This document shows, in pieces, positions 1 through 9,431 of a stretch of 64,000 nt of DNA. Origin of the DNA: Myxococcales bacterium. Its GTDB lineage: Bacteria > Myxococcota_A > Polyangia > Polyangiales > DASUME01. Position 1 is the first letter of the stretch. The number at the start of each line of letters is the position of its first letter. The stretch covers positions 8,896,001-8,960,000 of the forward strand of contig JASGJH010000001.1 of assembly GCA_047601445.1 (NCBI GenBank). Reading direction: 5' to 3'. A model generated the notes under the pieces. It worked only from the letters and a program-made list of their open reading frames with translations, ran no database searches and was not told the DNA's origin. Both the position numbers and the translations under genes were made by a program.

Positions 1-2
1 AC

Positions 3-794
3 CTGCGTGGCGCCCAGATCTTGACCGGCTTCGACGGCATCAACCCCGAGCACCTGGTTCGCCACTACGATCTGGCGCAGAAGCAGGCCGTTTTCCTGCG
101 GGCTGTGGCCGTGGTCGCCGAGGTGCGTTGCCGCGACCCCTACGCGTACCGGACGTTGTTCCGCAAGCTCAAGTTCTTCCGCCTCATGCACCGCATCGAG
201 GCGCGTCCCGACGGCTATCTGATCTCCATCGACGGTCCCTTCAGCCTATTCAGCGCGTCCACCAAGTACGGGCTCGAGCTGGCGCTGGCGCTGCCGGCCC
301 TCTTGAGCTGCGACGAGTTCGACATTCGGGCCCAGCTGCGTTGGGGCAAGGAGCGCGAGGCCCTCAGCTACAAGCTCACCGGCAAGGGCCGTTCGGACGG
401 CGCGAAAGAGGTCGCCCTGCCTGACGAAGTCGCAGCGTTCTTGGCGCGCTTTCAGGCACTCGAGTCGGAGTGGGAGGCCGAGGTCTCGAGCGACATCCTG
501 GAGGTCCGAGGCGTGGGCCTCTGCGTACCCGATCTGCGCTTCGTGAGCCGCGAGACCGGTGAGATTGCCTACCTGGAGGTGCTCGGTTATTGGAGCCGCG
601 ATGCCGTCTGGAAGCGAGTCGAGCTGGTGGCGAAGGGGCTCAAGGAACGCGTGATTTTCGCGGCCTCGAGCAAGCTGCGCGTGAGCGAGGAAGTCATCGA
701 CGGGAACGTCCCGAGCCAGCTTTACATGCACAAGGGAACACTCTCGCCCAAGGAAGTTCTGCGGCGCCTTTCGGGGGGGGCCGCGAGCCAGTAG
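3..794 (+). CDS. DUF790 family protein (Bax1-like PD-(D/E)XK nuclease), 5'-truncated by the window edge
   Basis: Frame open from position 3; YDLAQKQAV, IDGPFSLF..STKYG, VPDLRF and YLEVLGYW motifs typical of DUF790. Confidence 0.85.
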   Translation: MRGAQILTGFDGINPEHLVRHYDLAQKQAVFLRAVAVVAEVRCRDPYAYRTLFRKLKFFRLMHRIEARPDGYLISIDGPFSLFSASTKYGLELALALPALLSCDEFDIRAQLRWGKEREALSYKLTGKGRSDGAKEVALPDEVAAFLARFQALESEWEAEVSSDILEVRGVGLCVPDLRFVSRETGEIAYLEVLGYWSRDAVWKRVELVAKGLKERVIFAASSKLRVSEEVIDGNVPSQLYMHKGTLSPKEVLRRLSGGAASQ

Positions 795-803
795 ACTCGG
801 GGC

Positions 804-1577
804 ATGAGTGACGACATGACTGCACGGGCCCGGGAGATGGTGGCCGAGACCCCCAAGCTCCCCGAGATCGACGTGCGCGAGCGCGCGGGCGACCACACGG
901 GCAATCCAAGAGCCATCGATCAGCGGCTCTTCATGCAACTTCTGGTGTACCGCATCGACGAGACCCTCGAGCCCGATGGGATCATCGAGCAGCTCGGGGG
1001 CGCGCTCGCCGCGGCGGAGTGTCCCGGGGTGCTCTACCGGGACGCCAACGATCCTCGCAGCCTCGGCATCCTCACCTGGAGCATCGACCCTGCGCACTTC
1101 GTGACCAAGGTGCGTTCGGTGCTGCTGCAGCCTGCGTTCAAGGGGCTCAAGCTGAGGGACGACTTCAGTATGCTCGGGCGCAGCTACGCCACGGGATACG
1201 AAGCGGACCTCAATTTCTGGCTTTTGCAGCGTCCCATCGAGAACGCGGTGAACCCCGAGTATCGCTGGGCGGTCTGGTACCCGCTGCGGCGCTCGGGCGC
1301 GTTCGAGCGCTTGTCCATCAAGGAGCAGGCGGGCATCTTGCGCGAACACGCGGCCATCGGTCGGGCCTATGGGGAACAAGGCTTGGCCACCGACATCCGC
1401 TTGGCCTGTCATGGCCTCGACGCCAAGGACAACGAGTTCGTGATCGGGCTCCTCTCCAAGGACCTGCACCCGCTCTCGCACCTGGTTCAGCGCATGCGCA
1501 AGACCCAGCAGACGTCGGAGTACATCCAGCAAATGGGCCCGTTCTTCGTGGGGTACGCGGTGTGGCAGCGCAGCTGA
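804..1577 (+). CDS. Chlorite dismutase/HemQ-like heme-binding protein
   Basis: YPLRR, EHAAIGRAY (proximal His), HGLD..DNEFVIGL, MRKT.QTS and GPFFVG motifs. Confidence 0.8.
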   Translation: MSDDMTARAREMVAETPKLPEIDVRERAGDHTGNPRAIDQRLFMQLLVYRIDETLEPDGIIEQLGGALAAAECPGVLYRDANDPRSLGILTWSIDPAHFVTKVRSVLLQPAFKGLKLRDDFSMLGRSYATGYEADLNFWLLQRPIENAVNPEYRWAVWYPLRRSGAFERLSIKEQAGILREHAAIGRAYGEQGLATDIRLACHGLDAKDNEFVIGLLSKDLHPLSHLVQRMRKTQQTSEYIQQMGPFFVGYAVWQRS

Positions 1578-3064
1578 GCCAGATTCCGGCGCGCGGCGAC
1601 TTCATCGGAGGGCGCTTCCTGTCCGTCGGCGACGATGCGCTGAGCGGGTGCATCGAGCGGCTGAGTCCGCGTTGCTTCGCGGACGTGGTGGGACGCTTCG
1701 GGTTTCGGCTGGCGGCGGTGGGGGAGGCGGTCGCGAGCGCGCGCGCGGCGTTCCCGGGCTGGGCGCGGCTCAGCCTGGAACAGCGCATGGAGTCGATGCG
1801 GGCCCTCAAGACGGCGCTCGCGGCGCGCGCGGAAGAACTCGCGGTGTTGATCACGCGCGAGGTGGGCAAGCCACTCTGGGAGGCGCGCACCGAGGTCGCG
1901 GCCGCCCTCAACAAGATCGACATCACGTTGTCCGATGGTCTCGCGCTGGTGACTCCGCGCGAGATGGGATCCTCCGCCCAGCGCTATGCGTTCAAGCCGC
2001 ACGGCGTGGCCGCGGTGCTCGGACCGTTCAACTTCCCCATTCACTTGATGCACGGACACGTGGTGCCCGCGCTGGTCACCGGCAACACCGTCGTCGTCAA
2101 GCCGAGCGAGCTTTCGCCCGCGGTGGGGCAGCTCTACGCCGAGTGCTTCGAGGCGGCCGGTTTGCCGCCGGGGGTGTTCAACCTGATCCAAGGCGACGCC
2201 AGCGTTGGCGCGGAGCTCGCCGCTCATCCCGAAGTCGACGCGGTGATGTTGACCGGCAGCTATGGCGCGGGCTTGGCCATCAAGCGGGCTACACTCGAGC
2301 AACCGCACAAACTGCTGGCGCTGGAGCTCGGTGGGCACAACCCGGCCATCGTCTTGGCGGATGCGAACCTCGACAAAGCCGTGCACGACGTGCTGTGGGG
2401 AGCCTTCGTCAGCGCCGGCCAGCGCTGCAGCGGCACCGCGATCGCACTGGTCGAGCACACCATGTTCGAGCGCTTCAGCGAGTTGCTCTCGAGCAAACTG
2501 GACCGCCTGCGCGTGGGCGATCCGTTGGAGGCCGTTTTCATGGGACCGGTCGTCAGCGAGATCGCGCGTGGACGGTTCTGGGAGGCCCTGGAGCGCGCCG
2601 AGCAACAAGGGGCCAGCGCGCTGCGCAAGAGCACGTGGCCCACGTGCGAGCTGCCCGAGGGGGCGTATCTGACTCCGAGCGTCCACCTCATCGAACAGGC
2701 TCGCGGGCTGCCCTACGAGACGGAGGAGCTGTTCGGGCCCGATCTCGCCCTGATGCCGGTGCGCGATCTCGAGCACGCGCTGAGCCAGGCCAACGCAGGG
2801 GCCTACGGCTTGAGCGCAAGCGTCTTCAGCGCAGATCGCGCAGCCTTCGAACACGCGCTGGCAGGGCTGCGCCACGGCTGCGTGAACTGGAACGCACCCA
2901 CCTGCGGTGCCTCCAGCAAGCTACCCTTCGGCGGCACCGGCAAGAGCGGAAACCATCGGCCTGCCGCCTTATTCTCGACCTTGTACTGCACTTATCCCGT
3001 GGCCACGCTCGAGGGGCCCACAGTGCTGGATCCCAAGACCTTGTCACCCGGTCTGACCTGGTAG
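1562..3064 (+). CDS. astD: Succinylglutamate-semialdehyde dehydrogenase (aldehyde dehydrogenase family)
   Basis: GPFNFP, KPSELSP, LELGG, SAGQRC, EELFGP and the AstD-type tail PFGG.GKSGNHRP..YCTYP; start estimated at GTG 1562, overlapping the upstream gene. Confidence 0.8.
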   Translation: MAAQLSQIPARGDFIGGRFLSVGDDALSGCIERLSPRCFADVVGRFGFRLAAVGEAVASARAAFPGWARLSLEQRMESMRALKTALAARAEELAVLITREVGKPLWEARTEVAAALNKIDITLSDGLALVTPREMGSSAQRYAFKPHGVAAVLGPFNFPIHLMHGHVVPALVTGNTVVVKPSELSPAVGQLYAECFEAAGLPPGVFNLIQGDASVGAELAAHPEVDAVMLTGSYGAGLAIKRATLEQPHKLLALELGGHNPAIVLADANLDKAVHDVLWGAFVSAGQRCSGTAIALVEHTMFERFSELLSSKLDRLRVGDPLEAVFMGPVVSEIARGRFWEALERAEQQGASALRKSTWPTCELPEGAYLTPSVHLIEQARGLPYETEELFGPDLALMPVRDLEHALSQANAGAYGLSASVFSADRAAFEHALAGLRHGCVNWNAPTCGASSKLPFGGTGKSGNHRPAALFSTLYCTYPVATLEGPTVLDPKTLSPGLTW

Positions 3065-3139
3065 GACCTTGCCCGCTCGGGCTGAGCCGACGTGAGCGAG
3101 CCTTGCGGCGCCGGCCTTCCACAGTTAGCGTGCCCCATC

Positions 3140-4624
3140 ATGGGTCGCATCGCTCGGCGGTTCCTCGCGCTGTGGTTGCTCGTGGCTGGCTTGGTCGTCC
3201 TGTCCAGCGTCGCCAGGTCCAGCGTGCGCATGGTGGCTGCCCAGGAGCGAGACGCGGGCGCAGCGCGCGCAGAGCCTGCTCCGTACACCCCGCGGCCGAG
3301 CAAGAACGAGGGTGGGAAGCGGGACATCGCGATCAGCGCCAGCCCTGGGGCTCCGGTGGTGGTGCTTCACATCGAAGGCACCATCGACCTCGGCCTCTCG
3401 GCGTACATCGAGCGCGCGCTAGAACAGCACCCCGATGCGGCGGCTTTCCTGCTCGACATCAACACGCTCGGGGGCCGCGTGGACGCGGCGATCCAGATTC
3501 GCGACCGCCTGCTTTCGAGCAAGCGCAAGACCATCGCCTTCGTACACCCGCGTGCCATCAGCGCCGGAGCCCTGATTTCCTTGGCCTGCGACGTGATCGC
3601 CATCTCCAGCGGTGCGAGCATCGGCGCGGCCACGCCGATTCAGCTCGGCGAAGGCGGCGCCGAACCCGTGGAGGAGAAGATGGTCTCCTATTTCCGCACA
3701 GAGATGCGGACCACGGCCGAAGCGCGCGGTCGGCGCGGCGACATCGCCGAGGCGATGGTCGATAGCAGCGTGGAGATCCCGGGCCTCGATCCGGCCGGCA
3801 AGCTGCTCACGCTCGACACCGCGGGCGCCCTCGAAACGGGCATCGCGGACTTTCAGGCCGAGAGTGTGGACGCCGTGCTCGAACGGGTGGGGGTGGCCAA
3901 GGCTCCACGACAGACCCAGGCCGAGAACTGGGCCGAGAAGCTGGTGCGCTTCTTGACCGATCCGGTGGTGAGCGGACTCTTGATGAGCCTCGGTACCCTG
4001 GGCATCTTGATCGAGCTCTACACGCCCGGGCTCGGCTTGCCGGGTGCCCTAGGAGCGCTGTGTCTGTCGCTGTTTTTCGGGGGCCATCTGCTGGTGAACT
4101 TGGCGGGCCTTGAAGAGCTCATTTTGTTCGCGGCAGGTCTGGGGCTACTCGCCCTCGAGGTGATGGTGTTGCCCGGCTTCGGCATCGCTGGCGTACTCGG
4201 CATCGTCTGCATGGTGGCCGCGCTCGTGCTCACGCTGGTGGGCTTGCCGCTCGGGGTTGCCTTCCAGACAGGGGCCTGGGTGGAGCCCCTCGGGCGCGTG
4301 ACGGCCGCCTTGGTCGTGACGGTGGTCTTGATGTTGCTCGCGCTGCGGATCTTGCCCAAGAGTCGCGCCGGGCGCGGTCTCGTGCTTTCGAGCAGCACCG
4401 CCAGCAGCGAGGGCTTCGTGGCGCACGATGCGACGCGCCTGCTCGGGCAGGTCGGCGTGTCCGAGAGCGAGCTGCGGCCGGCGGGCGTGGCGCGTTTCGG
4501 TAGCGAGCGCGTGGACGTCGTGAGCGAGGGCGCCTTCGTGGCGCGCGGGCTCGCGGTGCGCGTCGTGCAAGTCGAAGGCGTGCGTGTGGTGGTGCGGCCG
4601 GAGGAGTCGGGCGAGGCCGGCTGA
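3140..4624 (+). CDS. nfeD: NfeD family membrane-bound serine protease (long form)
   Basis: Signal peptide, ClpP-like domain (INTLGG, ISAGALI, EEKMVSY), TM block, C-terminal OB fold (LRPAG..RVDVVSEG); upstream of floA. Confidence 0.9.
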   Translation: MGRIARRFLALWLLVAGLVVLSSVARSSVRMVAAQERDAGAARAEPAPYTPRPSKNEGGKRDIAISASPGAPVVVLHIEGTIDLGLSAYIERALEQHPDAAAFLLDINTLGGRVDAAIQIRDRLLSSKRKTIAFVHPRAISAGALISLACDVIAISSGASIGAATPIQLGEGGAEPVEEKMVSYFRTEMRTTAEARGRRGDIAEAMVDSSVEIPGLDPAGKLLTLDTAGALETGIADFQAESVDAVLERVGVAKAPRQTQAENWAEKLVRFLTDPVVSGLLMSLGTLGILIELYTPGLGLPGALGALCLSLFFGGHLLVNLAGLEELILFAAGLGLLALEVMVLPGFGIAGVLGIVCMVAALVLTLVGLPLGVAFQTGAWVEPLGRVTAALVVTVVLMLLALRILPKSRAGRGLVLSSSTASSEGFVAHDATRLLGQVGVSESELRPAGVARFGSERVDVVSEGAFVARGLAVRVVQVEGVRVVVRPEESGEAG

Positions 4625-4635
4625 CAGACAAGCCG

Positions 4636-4709
4636 AGGATGCGAGGGCGCATGCGGCGCCGGGTCTCAAGGGCGCGCATAGCGCTGGGTATCAAAGGCGC
4701 GCATAGCGC
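4636..4709 (+). repeat. 25-bp-period tandem repeat (two near-identical copies plus one degenerate copy)
   Basis: GGGTCTCAAGGGCGCGCATAGCGC (4661-4684) and GGGTATCAAAGGCGCGCATAGCGC (4686-4709) are 22/24 identical; 4636-4660 matches at 14/25. Confidence 0.75.
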
Positions 4710-4727
4710 GCGCGGCGGAGCGAACGT

Positions 4728-5717
4728 ATGGGTGATGCCACGACGGTGATCAGTTTCTTCTTGGTGCTGGTGCTGATGGTGATCGGCGGCAGCTTCTTCC
4801 TGTGGCTGATCCCGATTCAGCTCTGGGTCGCCGCCTGGTCCAGCGGCACCTACGTCGGTTTGATGACGCTGGTCGCCATGCGGCTGCGGCGCGTCACACC
4901 CACGGCCATCGTGAACCCGCGCATCACGGCCATGAAGGCGGGCCTCGACATTCCCATCGATCTGCTCGAGTCCCACTACCTGGCAGGCGGCAACGTGACC
5001 CGCGTGGTGAACGCGCTGATCAGCGCCGACAAGGCGGGTATCCAGCTGCAGTTCAAGCAGGCGGCCGCCATCGACCTCGCCGGTCGCGATGTCTTCGAGG
5101 CCGTCCAGATGAGCGTCAACCCGCGCGTCATCAGTACGCCCAAGATCTCCGCCGTGGCCAAGGATGGCATCCAGCTCGTGGTCATCGTGCGCATCACGGT
5201 GCGCTCCAACATCAACCGCCTGGTCGGCGGTGCCACCGAGGAGACCGTGGTAGCCCGCGTCGGTGAGGGCATCGTGTCCACCATCGGTTCCGCACGCACC
5301 TATGAAGAGGTGCTGGAGAACCCCGACCGAATCTCCAAGAACGTGCTCGGTCGCGGCCTCGACAGCGGCACCGCCTTCGAGATCCTCTCCATCGACATCG
5401 CTGACATCGACGTCGGTGCCAACATCGGCGCCAAGCTGCAGACCGAGAAGGCCGAAGCCGACAAGCAGGTGGCCCAAGCCCAAGCCGAGAGTCGACGCGC
5501 CATCGCAGTGGCCGCCGAGCAGGAGATGCGCGCGCGCGTCGAGGAGATGCGCGCCAAGCTGGTGGAATCCGAGTCGCAGATCCCCATGGCCATGGCGGAG
5601 GCCCTCCGCAACGGCCGCCTGGGCGTGCTCGACTACTACCAGATGCGCAACGTCGCCGCGGACACCGAGATGCGGCAGTCGATCGGTAAGCTCAACGATC
5701 CGGGAACCAACAAGTGA
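4728..5717 (+). CDS. floA: Flotillin-like protein FloA (YqfA family)
   Basis: [61 protein letters not shown]. Confidence 0.95.
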   Translation: MGDATTVISFFLVLVLMVIGGSFFLWLIPIQLWVAAWSSGTYVGLMTLVAMRLRRVTPTAIVNPRITAMKAGLDIPIDLLESHYLAGGNVTRVVNALISADKAGIQLQFKQAAAIDLAGRDVFEAVQMSVNPRVISTPKISAVAKDGIQLVVIVRITVRSNINRLVGGATEETVVARVGEGIVSTIGSARTYEEVLENPDRISKNVLGRGLDSGTAFEILSIDIADIDVGANIGAKLQTEKAEADKQVAQAQAESRRAIAVAAEQEMRARVEEMRAKLVESESQIPMAMAEALRNGRLGVLDYYQMRNVAADTEMRQSIGKLNDPGTNK

Positions 5718-5902
5718 AGGGCCCTGAAGAGAAGCAGGCTACGCCCCCGCTCACGGGTGCCCTCGGCAAGCGGGAGCTCCTGGTGCGCTTGGTCTTGGCC
5801 GAAGTCATCGCCAAACCCGGTGAAGGACCGCTCGCCCCGCGCTTCGCACGGCCGCTGCCACGCCGGGCTACTGGCGAGGGCGGGAAGGGCGAAGCCCCGT
5901 GA
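5714..5902 (+). CDS. Small hypothetical protein with YqfB-like motif
   Basis: GTGA start/stop overlaps with both neighbours; [14 protein letters not shown] motif. Confidence 0.55.
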   Translation: MKGPEEKQATPPLTGALGKRELLVRLVLAEVIAKPGEGPLAPRFARPLPRRATGEGGKGEAP

Positions 5903-7233
5903 ACTCTCCGCTCGTCCGCGTGTTGGTGGCGATCCTCAAGTTGCTCTTGAGGTTGGTGATCCTCGCGATGACGGGCGAGTGGGTGGATCTCGACAAGCTC
6001 GGAAAGAAGGCGACGCAGAGCGCTCCCGCGGTTCCTTCGAGCCCCGCCCCCGAGCGCGCAGCATGGCTCCAACGCTTGCAGGCCGCGCAGGCGCGGCAGC
6101 CCGAGCACACGCGTGCCTGGCGTGAGCACCTCGCTGACTTCGCAGGCGACTCCGGCGCGGCCCTCGAACAGCACCTGCGCGACCAGGGGGTGGCCCTCAA
6201 GCAACGTCGCTTCGTGGCGCTCCACGCCGAGCCGGGTGACCTCAGCTGGATGCGCGAGCTGCGTGCCCACACGCGCTATTGGCCGCTTGCGATCCCGCCG
6301 AGCGCCGAGGCCTCCCTCGCGCTCTACGCAACCATCGCGCGCGAGCGTGCCCTGGCCTTCGCCGAAGATGTCCCGGGGCTCCTCGATCGGCTGCGGCGAA
6401 TCCACGGCTGGCCGGCCTTCTTGCCCCTGCCCGCGCTGGTGGAACGCCCGGACCTGGCACGAGGCGCCTTCGGGGTGTGGCTGGCTCCACTGGTGGCGGA
6501 CGTGTTGGCCACGTTGCAACTTGGGCCCGGCTACGCCGAGGCCATGCTGTCGCGCATGCTGCCCCTCGCGCCTGCGAGTGCGCCCGGGAACGCCCTGCTC
6601 GACGAGACACCACCTCAGCTGCTGCGTTTGGCCGTGTCCCTGGGAACGCTGGAGTTCTTGGGCTACTTCGATGAAGGCGAGCGCCTCGAGAAAGAGCTGA
6701 ACAGGAACTTCGGAGCAGAGCCCGAGCTGCAGATTCCGGTGGGGCCCTGGTCTCCGCTCGGGGTGGTCCGCGTGCCCTATCCGGTGTGGCAGGCCGAGCT
6801 CAGCGCGTTACTCGGGTCAATGCTCGAGGACGTGCAGCCCGCGCTCGGTGGCGAAGGCTTGCTGGACGCCCCCGGGGTCGCCTTTCTCCACGCCGAGATG
6901 GCGCGGGCAGGGCGCCTCTCTGGCGCGCTCTCGGGGGATGGCGGACTCGCGGTTGAGGAGGGCAGCGCGCGGGATTGGCTGGCTGCGGCGCTGTTGGTCT
7001 GGAATCAGGGCAACATTCCTGAGCGGGAACTCGTGCGCCGCCTACTTCGGGCTCTCCGGGCCCCGGACCCCAGCGCACCGGCCGGCTCCAGGGCAGCCGG
7101 TTCAGCACCGGGGTCGGCCCCCGGCGTGCGCACGCTTGCAGAGGGGCTGCGGCAACCTAGTGTCATGCGAGACGCCATCGTGCTCGGGGCGCTCTTGGGG
7201 CCCCGTCGGACCTCGCTGCGAAAGCGCCCCTGA
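5899..7233 (+). CDS. Hypothetical protein, possible degenerate zincin fold with YqfB-like C-terminus
   Basis: 444-aa ORF coupled by GTGA overlap; hydrophobic N-terminus, ADVLATLQLGPGY, PPQLLR, and C-terminal MRDAIVLGALLGP. Confidence 0.7.
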   Translation: MNSPLVRVLVAILKLLLRLVILAMTGEWVDLDKLGKKATQSAPAVPSSPAPERAAWLQRLQAAQARQPEHTRAWREHLADFAGDSGAALEQHLRDQGVALKQRRFVALHAEPGDLSWMRELRAHTRYWPLAIPPSAEASLALYATIARERALAFAEDVPGLLDRLRRIHGWPAFLPLPALVERPDLARGAFGVWLAPLVADVLATLQLGPGYAEAMLSRMLPLAPASAPGNALLDETPPQLLRLAVSLGTLEFLGYFDEGERLEKELNRNFGAEPELQIPVGPWSPLGVVRVPYPVWQAELSALLGSMLEDVQPALGGEGLLDAPGVAFLHAEMARAGRLSGALSGDGGLAVEEGSARDWLAAALLVWNQGNIPERELVRRLLRALRAPDPSAPAGSRAAGSAPGSAPGVRTLAEGLRQPSVMRDAIVLGALLGPRRTSLRKRP

Positions 7234-7290
7234 ATGGCACCCGGAGCCGTCCCGGCGCGACCGGACAAAACGCCGCTGGCCTGGGACCCT

Positions 7291-7314
7291 TGTCGAAACG
7301 AATTCGGTCTGACA
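7291..7314. promoter_or_regulatory. Imperfect palindrome, candidate repressor operator
   Basis: TGTCGAAACGAATTCGGTCTGACA is 18/24 self-complementary and lies 100 bp upstream of the acyl-CoA synthetase. Confidence 0.35.
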
Positions 7315-7413
7315 GGATGCGCGGCGCGGCGCCCTGGGTGACGGCATGCGTGATCCGTCACGCGCCAAGAAGCCACGAAGTTACCGCTAGTTGCGCGATG
7401 GAGGCACAGGCAG

Positions 7414-9339
7414 ATGAGCAGGCTGGAGCAGACGAAGTCCACGGTTTATGAGCTTCAGTGTCTGTGGCGGGTCGCGAAGCGACTCGATCGCTTCGCCAAG
7501 AACCGCCCCTGGAGCGCGTCGCGCCTCCTCGATGAGCGCGTCGAACAGGCCCCCAATAACCTCGCCATTGCGTTCCTCGAGGAGCGCTACACGTGGCGTG
7601 ACGTCGATCGCCGCGTGAACCAGTTCGCCCGCTTCTTCCAGAGTCGGGGCATCGGACGCGGGGACGTGGTTGCCATCCTCATGGACAACCGTCCTGAGTA
7701 CCTGTTCGCCGTGGTCGCGCTCAATCGACTGCGCGCTATCGCCTCCTTGATCAACACCAACGCCACGGGCACGCCGCTCACGCATGCGGTCAATGTGTGC
7801 AAGGCGAAGGCCGTGCTGGTTGGCTCCGAGCACGCGGAGGCTCTCGCGGAGGTGCGCTCGAATCTCACCGCGGTAGACGACCGCTTCTGGATGCTGCTCG
7901 ACAAGGCCGCCGAGGCCCCCACCAGCGTGGGCTTCGAGGCTGTCGGCGCCGCCATCGCGGGACAGTCGGACGCGCGGCCCTCGGGCGTTGCGATCCCGAA
8001 TAGCTCCGAGGTGATGTGTTACATCTACACCTCTGGCACCACGGGCTTGCCCAAGGCAGCCATCATCACCAACAAGCGCTATCTGGCGGGTGCTTACATG
8101 TTCGGCGGAGCCTCGATGGAGGCCACGACGCGCGATATCATCTACCTGCCGCTCCCGCTCTATCACTCGAACGGTATCATCATCGGCTTCGGCTCTTCGC
8201 TGGTCAGCGGCGCCGCGGTGGTGTTGCGGCGCAAGTTCTCCTCCTCGCAATTCTGGGACGACGTCCGCAAGTACGACGCCTCGATCTTCGTCTACATCGG
8301 TGAGCTCTGCCGCTATCTGCTGAACGCACCCAAGAGTCCCAACGAGCGCAGCCACCGTCTGCGCGTGGCGGTCGGCAACGGCCTGCGCCCCGACGCCTGG
8401 GAGCCTTTCCAGCGCCGCTTCGGAGTGCCCCTGATCCGCGAGTTCTACGCGGCCACCGAGGGCAACGCCCCGATCGTCAACTTCGAGGGACGCCCCGGCA
8501 TGTTGGGGCGCCTCAAGCCTGGCCAAGTGCTGGTGCGCTGCGATGAAGCGAGCGGCGAGATCCGCCGCAACGCGCAGGGCTTCTGTGATCGCATCGATGT
8601 AGGTGAGAAGGGCATCCTGCTGGGGCATATCAACCCTTTGCTCACCTTCGATGGCTACGTCGACAAGAGCGCCACCGACAAGAAGATCATGCGCAACGTG
8701 TTCCGTCAGGGGGACGCCTACTTCAACACGGGCGATCTGCTGCAGCTGCACGATGACGCCTGGGTCTCCTTCGCCGACCGCGTGGGCGATACCTTCCGCT
8801 GGAAGGGTGAAAACGTGTCCACCAACGAGGTCGCCGAGGTGCTGAACGGCGCCAAGGGTGTGCTCGAAAGCAACGTGTACGGTGTGTCCGTGCCGGGAGC
8901 GGAGGGACGCGCGGGCATGGCCAGCATCAACGCCAACGGCGAACTCGACCTCAGCGAATTCGCCCGCTACGTCGTCAGTCGGCTGCCTGTGTATCAGCGG
9001 CCGTACTTCCTGCGGCTCCAGCAGGAGATGCGTATCACCGGGACCTTCAAGCACCAGAAGACCGGTTACCGCGACGAGGGCTTCGACCCGACCAAGGTGA
9101 GCGATCCGCTCTACTTCCTGGATGGCGACACCTACGTTCCCATCGATCAGTCGCTGTTTCAGCGCATCCAGGCTGGCGAGAATCGGTCCGCGCTGAGCGC
9201 GGTCGCGGCTGCGACACGGGCTAGCGAGCGCCGTGCGCTGTTCGCCGGCGAGCTCCGCGGCCGACGTCGACAACAAGCACTACATGGAGACGATTGGGCC
9301 GCGGCCCAAGTTACGACTCCCAGTTGCGGCGCGTGCTGA
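7414..9339 (+). CDS. Long-chain acyl-CoA synthetase (FATP/VLACS type); natural stop probably 9196
   Basis: YIYTSGTTGLPKAA, YIGELCRYL, EFYAATEGN, DRVGDTFRWKGENVST, TGTFKHQK. Confidence 0.92.
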   Translation: MSRLEQTKSTVYELQCLWRVAKRLDRFAKNRPWSASRLLDERVEQAPNNLAIAFLEERYTWRDVDRRVNQFARFFQSRGIGRGDVVAILMDNRPEYLFAVVALNRLRAIASLINTNATGTPLTHAVNVCKAKAVLVGSEHAEALAEVRSNLTAVDDRFWMLLDKAAEAPTSVGFEAVGAAIAGQSDARPSGVAIPNSSEVMCYIYTSGTTGLPKAAIITNKRYLAGAYMFGGASMEATTRDIIYLPLPLYHSNGIIIGFGSSLVSGAAVVLRRKFSSSQFWDDVRKYDASIFVYIGELCRYLLNAPKSPNERSHRLRVAVGNGLRPDAWEPFQRRFGVPLIREFYAATEGNAPIVNFEGRPGMLGRLKPGQVLVRCDEASGEIRRNAQGFCDRIDVGEKGILLGHINPLLTFDGYVDKSATDKKIMRNVFRQGDAYFNTGDLLQLHDDAWVSFADRVGDTFRWKGENVSTNEVAEVLNGAKGVLESNVYGVSVPGAEGRAGMASINANGELDLSEFARYVVSRLPVYQRPYFLRLQQEMRITGTFKHQKTGYRDEGFDPTKVSDPLYFLDGDTYVPIDQSLFQRIQAGENRSALSAVAAATRASERRALFAGELRGRRRQQALHGDDWAAAQVTTPSCGAC

Positions 9340-9431
9340 GATAGAATCGACGGGTCTTTCGGAGTCCTGCCGGCCGCGTTTCAGCGGCCCTTCGCAGCCT
9401 CCACCAGCGGCACGGCGTGCCAAGCCCATCG

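Noticed and set aside
1019..1561. Apparent 180-aa N-terminal extension of astD in the ORF track
   Set aside because: Overlaps the Cld-like gene in another frame and has shadow-like composition; aldehyde dehydrogenase similarity begins near 1580
4636..4709. Possible mini-CRISPR array
   Set aside because: Units are directly adjacent with no spacers and there are no cas genes in the window
9294..9309. Perfect 16-bp palindrome TTGGGCCGCGGCCCAA upstream of the kinase
   Set aside because: Single GC-rich instance with no U tract or second copy; no function can be supported
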